Below are positions 54,708 through 64,000 of a stretch of DNA of 64,000 nt, piece by piece. Position 1 is the stretch's first letter; the number at the start of each line of letters is the position of its first letter. The position numbers were made by a program, and so were the translations under genes. Where the stretch lies: positions 3,969-67,968 of the forward strand of contig JANMNW010000674.1 in assembly GCA_031368515.1 (NCBI GenBank), written 5' to 3'. Under the pieces are notes generated by a model. It saw only the letters and a program-made list of their open reading frames with translations. It did not search any database and was not told where the DNA came from. This stretch comes from Chloroflexota bacterium (lineage in GTDB: Bacteria > Chloroflexota > Anaerolineae > J036 > Brachytrichaceae).

Positions 54708-55721
54708 TTAAAGACTCAATTGACTGTCTGCGATCTGCGATCGGTTGCGATTCCGGGATAGCACAGCGCCATACATCTCCACCAGCCGCGCGACGACAGA
54801 ATCCGGCGAATATCGCCCCATGGTCTCATATCCCTTTGTGCGGCGGCCGCCCGCGACCACTTTGGCAATCGCCTCGGCAAATGTGATTGCGTCGGGATTA
54901 CAGATATGACAGTCAGCCGTTTGGCCAATCACCTCGCGGATGTCACCCACATCCGCGGCGACGATCGGCAGGTTGCATGCCATCGCCTGTTTGACCACGT
55001 TGGGCGATCCTTCCTGGTATGAAGGAAACACGAGCACATCGCATAAGTTCATGTACTTCGCCAGAATCTGTTGCGTCTGGTCGTGCACCACGATCAACTC
55101 CAACTCCAAGCCGGCGTCGTTCACGCGGTCAACAGCCGCTTTGGCCAGTTCAAAGCGTTTCACAGGTATGGCGGGATTTGCGGCAAACAATGCGCGATGC
55201 CGTGAAGGAACGAGACCCAATTGTCTGCAAACATCCCCACGATCAACCGGATGAAATATGGAGAAATCCACTTCATGTGGGATTACGTATGCGTCACGCC
55301 GACCTGACAATTGAGCCATGCGCTTGTTTTGAACCACGACAGCATCCGCTCTGCGCGCCACAAGTTGTCCAAGCAGTCGGACAGGAAGGGCTGTCCAAGA
55401 CAGGGTTCCGCCCCTTGCCACTGATCCCTGCAAATCATCTCCATGAAATGTGACGACAACTCGGGCATACCGCTGCAGCAGTGCCACAAAACCAACATAA
55501 CTGTAGTGCGCGTGAACCAGGTCGACGTCACCCAAAGCCAATCGGGAACGCAGTTTTGAAACTGCCTGAACATACATCCACTTGCGTGAGCGGCCGGTCA
55601 GAACAAACACTTCCACATCCATGCCAGCGGCGCGAAGTGATTGAACTTGCGTACGCACAAATGTGCCAAAATACGGCTGCGCGTCTGACGGGTACATGGC
55701 AGTGGCTACAAGTATTTTCAT
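54708..55721 (-). CDS. Glycosyltransferase family 4
   Basis: MKILVATAMYPSDAQPYFGTFV, and LVFPSYQEGSPNVVKQAMACNLPIVAADVGDIREVI. Confidence 0.8.
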   Translation of the reverse strand: MKILVATAMYPSDAQPYFGTFVRTQVQSLRAAGMDVEVFVLTGRSRKWMYVQAVSKLRSRLALGDVDLVHAHYSYVGFVALLQRYARVVVTFHGDDLQGSVARGGTLSWTALPVRLLGQLVARRADAVVVQNKRMAQLSGRRDAYVIPHEVDFSIFHPVDRGDVCRQLGLVPSRHRALFAANPAIPVKRFELAKAAVDRVNDAGLELELIVVHDQTQQILAKYMNLCDVLVFPSYQEGSPNVVKQAMACNLPIVAADVGDIREVIGQTADCHICNPDAITFAEAIAKVVAGGRRTKGYETMGRYSPDSVVARLVEMYGAVLSRNRNRSQIADSQLSL

Positions 55722-55740
55722 CGACAGTGATCCAACCAGG

Positions 55741-56814
55741 CTAGCCAACTTGGCCAGAACTCTCCACCGCTATCTCTCGTTGCCCTCGCAGTGTTCGCAC
55801 CTGCCCGTCCTCTTTTTCCGAGGCGGACTGTATCAAAGTCATGTGACGAAGGTATTCCTGCGCAGCAATGGGGGGCAACCACAGGCCACGAAGAGTGCCT
55901 TCAGCCATGAGCAAACGATTCACTAGAGAACAAACGGCCGCATTCATGCTGCGCTTGCGTATTGCCACAAGCGCAAACCAAGCGGACATCAAGATCGCAC
56001 AGACTATCAGCCAGGTCGCAACTCCGGTCGTGATATAAACCGCCAGCGCCACCGCGGCTATGCCACAGACAAACAGCATGGGCAGACCAAAACCGCGCTC
56101 TATCATGTACCGTGCAAAGAGACGACTGCCGATGCTTCGGCGCAGGTTTTGACCCGTTCCCAAAAACAATTTCCGCCGACGCCGCCTGAACAGTCCCGCA
56201 AGCGTCACTTGGGAATCAGAGAAATGATAGGCGATAACCTGCCTGAGTCTGACGACACGATAGCCAGCCTGTCGAATTCGAAGGCACAGCTCCGGCTCTT
56301 CATCGCTATAAATGTCAGGTCTGAAATCGCCCACAGCCTCAACCACAGCACGTCGGTAGAGTGCCGCACCCCCGCCATGGCGAACCTCCTGCGCAACCGT
56401 ACTGGCAAAAACTTCAGGCGGTGGGGTAGGCGGCGTTTCACCGGGCACCACATCAACTAGCGCGCCACTAACTACCGCGACCTCCGCATGCTCGTCAAGA
56501 TAGTCGACAGCCCGAGAAAGCCATCCGGCGCAGAGCTGCATATCACCATCCAAATAGAGCACATAGTCGCCGCTACAGAACCGCCCAGCCACAAAGCGTC
56601 CAGCCGCAGCGGTAAGGCGCAGGTTCTCAGACAAACGCACAACCGTGACAGGGTAATGCCCGGCGATGGCCACGGTGTCGTCACTCGATGCAGAATCCGC
56701 GACCACAATGTCACGAATTTCTATCCGGCGTCCCTCTTGAAGAACAGACTCCACAAGGCGTCCCACGAACCTTGCTTGGTTCCTGGTGATGAGGGCAACC
56801 GACACGGTAGTCAT
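55741..56814 (-). CDS. Glycosyltransferase family 2 with C-terminal membrane segments
   Basis: VSVALITRNQARFV, VADSASSDDT, LYLDGDM (DxD-like). Two C-terminal TM helices. The start is 56814 (5 nt after the flippase stop) or 56835. Confidence 0.8.
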   Translation of the reverse strand: MTTVSVALITRNQARFVGRLVESVLQEGRRIEIRDIVVADSASSDDTVAIAGHYPVTVVRLSENLRLTAAAGRFVAGRFCSGDYVLYLDGDMQLCAGWLSRAVDYLDEHAEVAVVSGALVDVVPGETPPTPPPEVFASTVAQEVRHGGGAALYRRAVVEAVGDFRPDIYSDEEPELCLRIRQAGYRVVRLRQVIAYHFSDSQVTLAGLFRRRRRKLFLGTGQNLRRSIGSRLFARYMIERGFGLPMLFVCGIAAVALAVYITTGVATWLIVCAILMSAWFALVAIRKRSMNAAVCSLVNRLLMAEGTLRGLWLPPIAAQEYLRHMTLIQSASEKEDGQVRTLRGQREIAVESSGQVG

Positions 56815-56818
56815 GACG

Positions 56819-58279
56819 TCATGCCGCTGGGCCATCCATGCCTGCGCGAGCGTGGAGCAGCATATCTTGCCAATGACCAGGTCGAGCGATGAGTCGCGCA
56901 CCCAGAAAAGCAAAGTACATTCCGATCCCCGAGCCTAACGCCAATACCCACGGCAAGTTCGTTGCCGCCCACATCCAGTACAGTGCCAATCCTCCAGCCG
57001 CCATCGCAGGCCAAATGCTTTGCCGCACAAATGCCATGCCTGGATAGCGTTGCGCAACGGCCTGATAGTGAAACCACACATCAACCAGTTTTGCACCCAC
57101 AGCAGCGCAGGCGGCGCCCATCAACCCATATGAATAAGTAAGCAGCGGCGCCAATACAACCGTGGCCACCGCATAGGCAAGAACCGAGCGCATCACTGCC
57201 CTTTCGCCGTTATTGGCCACAAGCACACGCCCAAAAACGCCATTCACCGCCTGGCATGCCAATGCCCATGCCAAAACTTGCAGCGGGACCGAAGCAGCCG
57301 CAAATTCGTCGCGCCCGTACAGCACCCTGAACAAGTGCGGGGAGAAAAATATGAGTGTCAACACCAACGGCAGCACCGCGGATAGCATGAGTTGCCAAAG
57401 TATTGAAGTAAGCGCGCGCATCGACCCCGGGGATACCGTAGCAGCACGACACAATACGGGATATGCGGCAGCGACCAAATTGAGCGTAATCATGCTGGCC
57501 ACGCTTAATAGCTGCGTCCCGGCGTTATAAAGAGCCAGTTGATCCTCACCCAGCAGCTTTGACACGACAATGAACAGCGAGCTTCCTGCAATCGAATAGA
57601 CAACTTCGATGCCCAGGAAAGCCTTGCTCATGCGCAGAACCGAGCGGATGCCGCGCTCAGTTAAATGTAGTGCACTAAGCACCTGTTTGCCGAGCACACG
57701 TGCGAGAACTACAACTAGAAGGGCCAACCCCAAAACATACAGCGCCACGTTGCTTATCAGCACCATATCGAGGTCGTAGCGCAATTCGAGCAATACCCAA
57801 ATTGATCCCATCCGCAAAAGATGCACAGGTATCTGCGTCAATGTGATAAGGTGTGTCTTGCCATGAGCTTGCAACAACGCCTCACAAATAGTGGACAATG
57901 CCGTTGGAAGAATCGTAAGAGACAGCAGCGCGATGACATGCCGGGTGTCGAGCGAGTAACCCAGGACAATAGAGAGCAAATACATGCCGAGCATGGCAAC
58001 AAGGGCCATCCCGGTTACGAGTGCTCCGCCGTTGGCCAAATAGCTGCCCGTTGCCGTGAGATCGCGTGAGACCTCGCGGATGACGAGCGATTTGAGGCCC
58101 ATGGTCGCCAACAACTGAAATGTGCTGAGCAGTGTCAAACCCAATGAAAGCTGACCAAACTGCGTGGTGCCAAGCCATCGTGCGACCAGGGCATAAAGCA
58201 CGAATACGGACAGCCGGCCCAAAAAGTCGCCCACAAAGAGCCACGAGGCATTCCCCAGCAAACGTCCCAATTTTTCCAT
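56819..58279 (-). CDS. Wzx-type oligosaccharide flippase (MOP superfamily)
   Basis: 486 aa and polytopic. MEKLGRLLGNASWLFVGDFLGRLSVFVLYALVARWLG is typical of Polysacc_synt proteins. Confidence 0.8.
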   Translation of the reverse strand: MEKLGRLLGNASWLFVGDFLGRLSVFVLYALVARWLGTTQFGQLSLGLTLLSTFQLLATMGLKSLVIREVSRDLTATGSYLANGGALVTGMALVAMLGMYLLSIVLGYSLDTRHVIALLSLTILPTALSTICEALLQAHGKTHLITLTQIPVHLLRMGSIWVLLELRYDLDMVLISNVALYVLGLALLVVVLARVLGKQVLSALHLTERGIRSVLRMSKAFLGIEVVYSIAGSSLFIVVSKLLGEDQLALYNAGTQLLSVASMITLNLVAAAYPVLCRAATVSPGSMRALTSILWQLMLSAVLPLVLTLIFFSPHLFRVLYGRDEFAAASVPLQVLAWALACQAVNGVFGRVLVANNGERAVMRSVLAYAVATVVLAPLLTYSYGLMGAACAAVGAKLVDVWFHYQAVAQRYPGMAFVRQSIWPAMAAGGLALYWMWAATNLPWVLALGSGIGMYFAFLGARLIARPGHWQDMLLHARAGMDGPAA

Positions 58280-58288
58280 GACGATTGC

Positions 58289-59767
58289 CTACTCGTGCGA
58301 TTTGCTCAAACGCGGTGACGCCAACCGTGCTTTGGCCTCACGCAGAAGCACGACAACGATCGCCGCATTGAGGGCAAGGATCGTCATTTCCGGGCGGCTA
58401 TTGAAAAGATCGACTGACATGTGGGGCAATTGGCCAATAATGAGCGCAAATACGGACAATCCTATTGGAGCCAGTGAACGCAAACCGTGCGCAAAGAGTC
58501 TCCAGGCTCGAATGGCGTTCGTCAGCAAATAACCGGCAAAGCAGATTAACCCCAGAATTCCCGTTTCAGCCCAAACCAGCAAGAACTGGTTGTGCACGGT
58601 ATATACCCATGCCCGGTTGAATTCCGGGCCTAGATAGCCCTGCATGGCGACGGCAAATGTGTTTACACCAGTTCCCCAAAGCGGGTAATCATTGATGATG
58701 AGCCAGGCCAAACGATTCAGCACAATGCGTCCATGCGTCGATCCGCCATCCGGTCGCACAAATCTGCCTGCCACAACGTCTCCGAAGGCCACTGCCAGAA
58801 GAGCCAGCGCGAAACCAACGGCAATGACGGGAACCGGAGACACCCAACGCTGTTTTATCGCTAGAACGAGCATGATCGTAACGGCAATAGCAAGGGAGAT
58901 CCATCCGCCGCGCGACTCAGTCAAAGCCAGGGCTGGCAGTGCAACGATGACTGAAACAATTGCCGCGACCCGAATGCTTCCGCGCAAATCCGATACGATC
59001 AAACCCAGTCCCAGCACGATGTTGCTGACCAAGTAAATCGCTGCGCGATTGGGATGTCCAAGCGTGCCACCAACGCGAATATTGCCACCCGCTACGTCTA
59101 CCATTCCTTGAATGCTCGCGATTTCGACAGAATGCCTGACGATGCGAAGGTAATACATCACCAGCGCTTGAAGAATCTGGCCAATCATGCACCACAGTAA
59201 AATGTGTCGAATATCGTCGAGTGCTGACACCCGGAGCACGATGTAGGCATAAAGAGCGAAGATCTGCGCATAAAGAAATATCGCATGAAACGATCGCAAG
59301 ACTTCAAAGTCGAGAGCGGGCAACATTGAGATCACGCAGGCGACCAGAAAAGGAAACGGTGTAAGCGCGTCCCGCCACGCGCGACCCGGCACCGGTTTCG
59401 CCCGTTTCTCCGACGCCTCAGCGAACCATTGCGCGTACAAGAGCACAATTGCAATCAGCGTCACCGAGATGCAAAACCCGCTAATGGCTCCCAGCCGCTC
59501 AACAGGTTCTCGCGAGCCAATGTACCAATCCAGCTGAAAAGGGATGTCGAGGGCTATCAATGCCAGCAAGATCTTGCGCACACTTCCCACTGCCAGCAAC
59601 AGCAGCGGCGCAACCAGCGCCAGGGCAACAACCGAGGCTAATTTGGTCCCCAGGCGCGGAGCAATCAAGATAAAACCCGCCACGACAGCCCCGACAACGG
59701 CTATCGCAATCGCCTGCCTGGGCATTCGGCCAAGCCCAGATCGGGTCCAACCTGCGGTGTCGATCAT
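58289..59767 (-). CDS. O-antigen ligase/polymerase family membrane protein (Wzy-like)
   Basis: Polytopic. The loop has HPNRAAIYL...[13 protein letters not shown], which is typical of the O-antigen ligase domain. Confidence 0.75.
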   Translation of the reverse strand: MIDTAGWTRSGLGRMPRQAIAIAVVGAVVAGFILIAPRLGTKLASVVALALVAPLLLLAVGSVRKILLALIALDIPFQLDWYIGSREPVERLGAISGFCISVTLIAIVLLYAQWFAEASEKRAKPVPGRAWRDALTPFPFLVACVISMLPALDFEVLRSFHAIFLYAQIFALYAYIVLRVSALDDIRHILLWCMIGQILQALVMYYLRIVRHSVEIASIQGMVDVAGGNIRVGGTLGHPNRAAIYLVSNIVLGLGLIVSDLRGSIRVAAIVSVIVALPALALTESRGGWISLAIAVTIMLVLAIKQRWVSPVPVIAVGFALALLAVAFGDVVAGRFVRPDGGSTHGRIVLNRLAWLIINDYPLWGTGVNTFAVAMQGYLGPEFNRAWVYTVHNQFLLVWAETGILGLICFAGYLLTNAIRAWRLFAHGLRSLAPIGLSVFALIIGQLPHMSVDLFNSRPEMTILALNAAIVVVLLREAKARLASPRLSKSHE

Positions 59768-60927
59768 CCCGCGTTTCCAGTCATTGGATGCGCCAGGGTG
59801 ACTGTATCGCCGATCAGATCAAACTCCTCAATTTCCTGACACACAAAGTCAATGGCCGATTCCGGCAATTCAGCATACATTGGAAGCGACAGAATGCGCT
59901 CGGCATACATTTCACTTACCGGAAACTGCCCGTAGGTGTAACCCAGCCCGCGATATGCTTCCTGAAGGTGAATGGGAATTGGATAGTGCAATCCAACTGA
60001 GACGCCGCGCTCTGTCAAATGGCGGCGCAGAGCGTCGCGCCGATCGCTCTGAATCACATACAAGTGCCACACGGAAGAGCACTTGCTGCCTTCTGCCGGC
60101 GTCAACACGGATGTGCGCGCAAGCTGCCCGGAATAGCGTTGCGCATGCGAGGTGCGCGACGTGTTCCAAGCATCAAGATGCTTGAGCTTGACGCGCAATA
60201 CCGACGCCTGCAATGTGTCGAGGCGGCGGTTGTAGCCCTGCACGATATGGGTGTATTTCTCGCGCGAGCCGTAGTTCCGCAGCGTCCGGACTTTCGCCGC
60301 CATGCCTGCGTCATTCGTCACAAGAGCACCCGCGTCACCCGCAGCCCCCAAGTTCTTGGCCGGGTAAAAACTGAACGCGGCCGCATGGCCGATACTGCCA
60401 ACCCTACGCTCACCATAGTAGGCGCCATGCGCCTGGCATGCATCCTCAATCACGAGCAATCCGTGGCGGTTTGCAATGTCCATCACCCCATCCATGTCCG
60501 CGGGTTGACCATAAAGATGTACAGGGATGATAGCCGCCGTCCGCGGAGTGATTGCCGACTCTATCTGCCTAACATCGATATTGTACGTAGTCGGATCGCA
60601 ATCGACCAGCACCGGCGTGGCGCCACAATGTGAAATCGCGAGGACGGTGGCGACAAAAGTGTTGGCGACTGTGATGACCTCATCGCCCGGTCCGATGTCG
60701 TTGGCGCGCAATGCAAGCTCCAGTGCGGAAAGACCCGAATCGAGACCAACACCATGACTCGCCTGACAGTATGCGGCCCATTCCTCCTCAAATCGGTTAA
60801 CTGATTCACCCAGAATGTAGTCGCCGCGCCTCATCGTATTGAGCACAGCTGCGTCAAGTTCTGCAGACACACTTTCGTATTGTGCATGCAAGTCCACAAA
60901 TTGGATTTTTGAATGAGCGACTGTCAT
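59764..60927 (-). CDS. DegT/DnrJ/EryC1/StrS-family PLP-dependent sugar aminotransferase
   Basis: FVDLHAQY..., [25 protein letters not shown] (PLP-Lys context). ATGA overlap with the Wzy-like start. Confidence 0.9.
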   Translation of the reverse strand: MTVAHSKIQFVDLHAQYESVSAELDAAVLNTMRRGDYILGESVNRFEEEWAAYCQASHGVGLDSGLSALELALRANDIGPGDEVITVANTFVATVLAISHCGATPVLVDCDPTTYNIDVRQIESAITPRTAAIIPVHLYGQPADMDGVMDIANRHGLLVIEDACQAHGAYYGERRVGSIGHAAAFSFYPAKNLGAAGDAGALVTNDAGMAAKVRTLRNYGSREKYTHIVQGYNRRLDTLQASVLRVKLKHLDAWNTSRTSHAQRYSGQLARTSVLTPAEGSKCSSVWHLYVIQSDRRDALRRHLTERGVSVGLHYPIPIHLQEAYRGLGYTYGQFPVSEMYAERILSLPMYAELPESAIDFVCQEIEEFDLIGDTVTLAHPMTGNAG

Positions 60928-60949
60928 ATCCCTCCGTTTGACCGTCAAC

Positions 60950-62011
60950 CTATGATTCAATTGTCACCGGCGCACCGCGATTGCGAGCGGACTCGCTAAT
61001 AGCTTCCATCACTTTGACCACTCGCAGGCCGTTTTCACCGCCCGTCTGCGGCGCCGCGCCACTCATCACACAATCGAGAAAATGGGCACACTGGCTTTTC
61101 AGCGGCTCATTGGGTTCGATCCGCGGGCTGATGATGTCGCCATCACGAATCAGTAACTGATGCGACACAAAGCCGTCGGCTTCCGGCTCGCCGTTGGACA
61201 CGCCTTTCTCAAACACACGAACGCGCTCAACCGCTTCGATATCGTTGAATATGATGCGCTGATTGCTGCCAACGACCACAACTTCCCGGACTTTGTTGGG
61301 GTCCGCCCAACTTGCGTGAATATGTGCAACAACGCCCGAGCCATACCCCAGGGACACAAATCCCACATCCTCCTGCACATTGTTGAGAACACGCGACGTG
61401 ACCGCGCTCACCCATGTGGGTTGCGCATCGAGCAGATAGTTGAAAATAGCAACATCATGCGTGGCCAAATCCCAGATCGCGTTGACGTCGCTGCGGATCG
61501 GACCCAGGTTTGTCCGGCGCGCATACATATAGTAGACGCGTCCCAATGAACCATTTTCAATATACTCTTTCAGCTTTCGAACCCCGTTGTTGTAGACAAA
61601 TGTGTGGCCCACCATCAGGGTCAGATTGAGTTTCGAGGCAATGGCATGCAAATCCGCGGCATCCGCAGATTTCGTCGTCATCGGCTTCTCAATCAGCACA
61701 TGCTTTCCGGCCAAGAGCGCTTGGCGCGCAATTTCAAAATGCGTTTCGGCTGTCGTGCAAACGGCCACGACATCAACATCAGCCATCGCAAGCACTTGCG
61801 AAATATCGTTGCACGCGTGCGCGTCGGGGAATCTCGATTGAAGTTCGGCGAGTCGTTGGTCTCGTGAATCGCAAATCGCGACGACTTTGGCATGCGGCAA
61901 TTCACCGAATACTCTGATGTAGTTGACGCCCCAGTAACCACACCCAATCACGGCAACGCCTATGCATTGCGTCGCCATCGCTGTTTGTTCTTGAACGATC
62001 GGCAATGTCAT
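60950..62011 (-). CDS. Gfo/Idh/MocA-family NAD-dependent sugar oxidoreductase (WbpB-like)
   Basis: [10 protein letters not shown] Rossmann motif and EKPM catalytic-region motif (VLIEKPMT). ATGA overlap with the sugar transferase stop. Confidence 0.85.
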   Translation of the reverse strand: MTLPIVQEQTAMATQCIGVAVIGCGYWGVNYIRVFGELPHAKVVAICDSRDQRLAELQSRFPDAHACNDISQVLAMADVDVVAVCTTAETHFEIARQALLAGKHVLIEKPMTTKSADAADLHAIASKLNLTLMVGHTFVYNNGVRKLKEYIENGSLGRVYYMYARRTNLGPIRSDVNAIWDLATHDVAIFNYLLDAQPTWVSAVTSRVLNNVQEDVGFVSLGYGSGVVAHIHASWADPNKVREVVVVGSNQRIIFNDIEAVERVRVFEKGVSNGEPEADGFVSHQLLIRDGDIISPRIEPNEPLKSQCAHFLDCVMSGAAPQTGGENGLRVVKVMEAISESARNRGAPVTIES

Positions 62012-62772
62012 CGTGCACCCGCCGCTTGTATCACCGCAGGCAGGGTTTTGAGCAGGATCAACATATCCAGTTTCAGGCTACAGTTGCGAACGTACTCAAT
62101 ATCCATCCGGCACATCTCGTCAAATGTGACCCGCCCGCGCCCAAGCACCTGCCACAGGCCGGTCATGCCGGGCAGCGCGTTAAGGCGCTCTTTTTGCTGA
62201 TGGCTATACAGGATCGATTCGTAAACTGGGACCGGCCGTGGACCAACCAAACTCATGTCGCCTCGCAGCACGTTCAGGAACTGGGGCAATTCGTCCAAAC
62301 TTGTTGCGCGCAGAACAGCACCTAGCCGTGTGATCCGTTTATCTTTGGACAGCTTGAAAGCAGCTCGATCACCTGCCAAGCCGCTTAAATTGCCGGATAC
62401 GTAGGCACGTATGTGATCGATATGAACTGACTGGTCCGCGTCCGACACCATGGAGCGGAACTTGTAGAATCGAAATTCGGTCGCTTCCCAAGCAGTGTCG
62501 CCGTCATCAGTCCGACGCCGGCTCCCGGTTCGCATTTGCACAAAGAGCGCCGGTCCCGGCGAATCCAGCTTGATCGCCAGGGCGATCAGGGCCAAAATCG
62601 GCGCCAACACGATCAGTGCGGCGATTGACAGAACAATATCAATTGTCCGTTTCGCAATGAAGTAGGCCAGTCGGGGACTGGTGCGGCCCACAGTAGTTGC
62701 CGGAGCGTGATCGCGATAGATCGAATCAATCGTCGCCAGGTTTTCTATGCCGGTTTCTTGAAAGCTCTCCAC
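62008..62772 (-). CDS. Small polyprenyl-phosphate hexose/HexNAc-1-phosphate transferase (bacterial sugar transferase)
   Basis: KRTIDIVLSIAALIVLAPILALIALAIKLDSPGPALF, YKFRSM, DELPQFLNVLRGDMSLVGPRP. Confidence 0.9.
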   Translation of the reverse strand: MESFQETGIENLATIDSIYRDHAPATTVGRTSPRLAYFIAKRTIDIVLSIAALIVLAPILALIALAIKLDSPGPALFVQMRTGSRRRTDDGDTAWEATEFRFYKFRSMVSDADQSVHIDHIRAYVSGNLSGLAGDRAAFKLSKDKRITRLGAVLRATSLDELPQFLNVLRGDMSLVGPRPVPVYESILYSHQQKERLNALPGMTGLWQVLGRGRVTFDEMCRMDIEYVRNCSLKLDMLILLKTLPAVIQAAGAR

Positions 62773-62813
62773 TGCCCATCCCCCTAGTTTTGCGATGCAA
62801 TCATCGCGCCCGG

Positions 62814-64000
62814 TTAGCGACTTGTCCCAATCTCATGCATCAACGAATTTTCAGCCAAGATTTTTTTCTCTGCGGGGCCACGGATCTTGGCAGTCCGCGG
62901 CACAGCTTTGTGCGCCGCTTCATAACTGGCGTAGGTCTTCTGCCTCGCGGCACGGTTAAACACGACTCCAAGCACTTGCGCATTGATGTAGCGCAAACGC
63001 TCACAGGTCATCCGAATAGCCGACTCCGTGGTCGTCGCGTTGCTTGCGACAAGAATCACGCGTTCAACGACGCCAGCCAGGGTCACGCTATCCGGCACCG
63101 CCAATATGGGAGGCGCGTCAAAAATGACCACGTCAAATGCGAATCGCAGATGTTTGACAAACTCTTCTGTCCGGTCACCTGCCAATAACTCGGTCGCGTT
63201 GCTTTCACTAGCTCCCGCGCTGAGAATATGAAGTCCCGACACGGGACCCCGCTGTATCAGGCGGTCCACAGTGGCAAGCACGGCATTTAGTTCGCCATTG
63301 AGTTCCTGTTGCCGGGTTAGCTGCGACAACTGGTGCAACGCACTGGACAGCCCGCCGTTGTTTTGAATCCCAAACAACACGTGCATGGAAGGCACGCGCA
63401 TATCCGCATCCACAAGCAACACTCGTTTACCGAGTTGCGCATAGCTGTAAGCCAGACAGGCGGCAATCAGCGACTTGCCCTCGCCAGGCTCCGAACTTGC
63501 CACAAGCAGGGTCCGATAGGGCGCCCGTTCGCTTTCGGACAGCAAGTTCGTCCGCAGATTCTGAAGTGCTGCAACCAAATGGGTTTCTTCGTAGAACGGT
63601 GCATGATTTGGGCGAAACGCCTTGCGTGGCGCAACCGGAACCATGCCAATAACCGGCAACTCGCTCACTTCACTGAGCCGCTCCGGTGTGAAAATGCGCG
63701 TGTCAAAGCTGTTAAATACAAATGCCAGCACCAAGCCTGAAATGCTGCCGCCTAACAGCGCCACTATCATGTTGAGCAGAGGATTTGGAAAACTTGGCCT
63801 CTCGGGCAACTCGGCGGGCACCAGCACCACGACACTACTAGAACGAAAGGAATCAGCCAGACGCAGCCGGCTGGACTGCTCCAACAGATCTACGTAAAGC
63901 CGTTGGACAAGCTCGGTCCGAAGTTCAGCTGGAGCAAGAAGCTTGCGGTCGGTGGTCGTTGAAAGCAACTGCTGATAGGAGTCTTGAGCCGCCTTGAGCT
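62814..64000 (-). CDS. Wzc-like polysaccharide co-polymerase / BY-kinase (N-terminal part continues beyond window)
   Basis: TM helix LLNMIVALLGGSISGLVLAFVF. Walker A SSEPGEGKS, Walker A' LLVDADMR, Walker B VVIFDAPP. Tyr residues in the C-terminal tail (YASYE). The reading frame is open to the window edge. Confidence 0.8.
   Translation of the reverse strand, partial: LKAAQDSYQQLLSTTTDRKLLAPAELRTELVQRLYVDLLEQSSRLRLADSFRSSSVVVLVPAELPERPSFPNPLLNMIVALLGGSISGLVLAFVFNSFDTRIFTPERLSEVSELPVIGMVPVAPRKAFRPNHAPFYEETHLVAALQNLRTNLLSESERAPYRTLLVASSEPGEGKSLIAACLAYSYAQLGKRVLLVDADMRVPSMHVLFGIQNNGGLSSALHQLSQLTRQQELNGELNAVLATVDRLIQRGPVSGLHILSAGASESNATELLAGDRTEEFVKHLRFAFDVVIFDAPPILAVPDSVTLAGVVERVILVASNATTTESAIRMTCERLRYINAQVLGVVFNRAARQKTYASYEAAHKAVPRTAKIRGPAEKKILAENSLMHEIGTSR

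Overview
This is a densely coding, high-GC bacterial chromosomal window. Hand counts of single 60-nt lines give about 70% GC around 34.2 kb and about 50-53% after 46.6 kb. No rRNA, tRNA, CRISPR array, transposase or integrase was recognised. The domain repertoire (WXG100 plus FtsK/SpoIIIE ATPase, DUF11, Thr/Pro-rich linkers, H-NOX, partner-switching modules) suggests a Chloroflexota-like or other monoderm-type lineage, but the taxon cannot be set without a database search. All family calls come from motif recognition by eye.

Layout:
- 1-5982 (+): a sugar ABC transporter operon that continues into a degenerate GroEL paralogue and an Asp-box beta-propeller.
- 5998-15882 (-): an 11-gene co-directional train. 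It holds GT2, GT4, a partner-switching module (STAS, PP2C, RsbW-like kinase, STAS, REC), a flippase-like membrane protein, H-NOX, a hybrid histidine kinase and an Hpt-like protein that lacks the canonical His.
- 16271-26009: a secreted M4 protease, a sulfur module (SQR-like, DUF1641, TusE/DsrC, DsrE), an ExeM/NucH-type nuclease and an aldo/keto reductase.
- 26018-38201: the stand-out locus, a non-canonical type VII-like secretion system. It has four tandem WXG100 genes and an EssC/EccC-like triple-P-loop ATPase with an N-terminal YukD-like ubiquitin fold. It also has three FHA proteins: an FHA-wHTH regulator, a membrane FHA-pseudokinase-FHA protein and an ecto-vWA/TM/FHA protein. A divergent receptor Ser/Thr kinase completes it. 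Two copies of a 36-bp operator-like element and an AT-rich 64-nt palindrome sit in its promoter regions.
- 38203-46622: a housekeeping or small-molecule block.
- 46633-64000 (-): a lower-GC Wzx/Wzy-dependent polysaccharide island.
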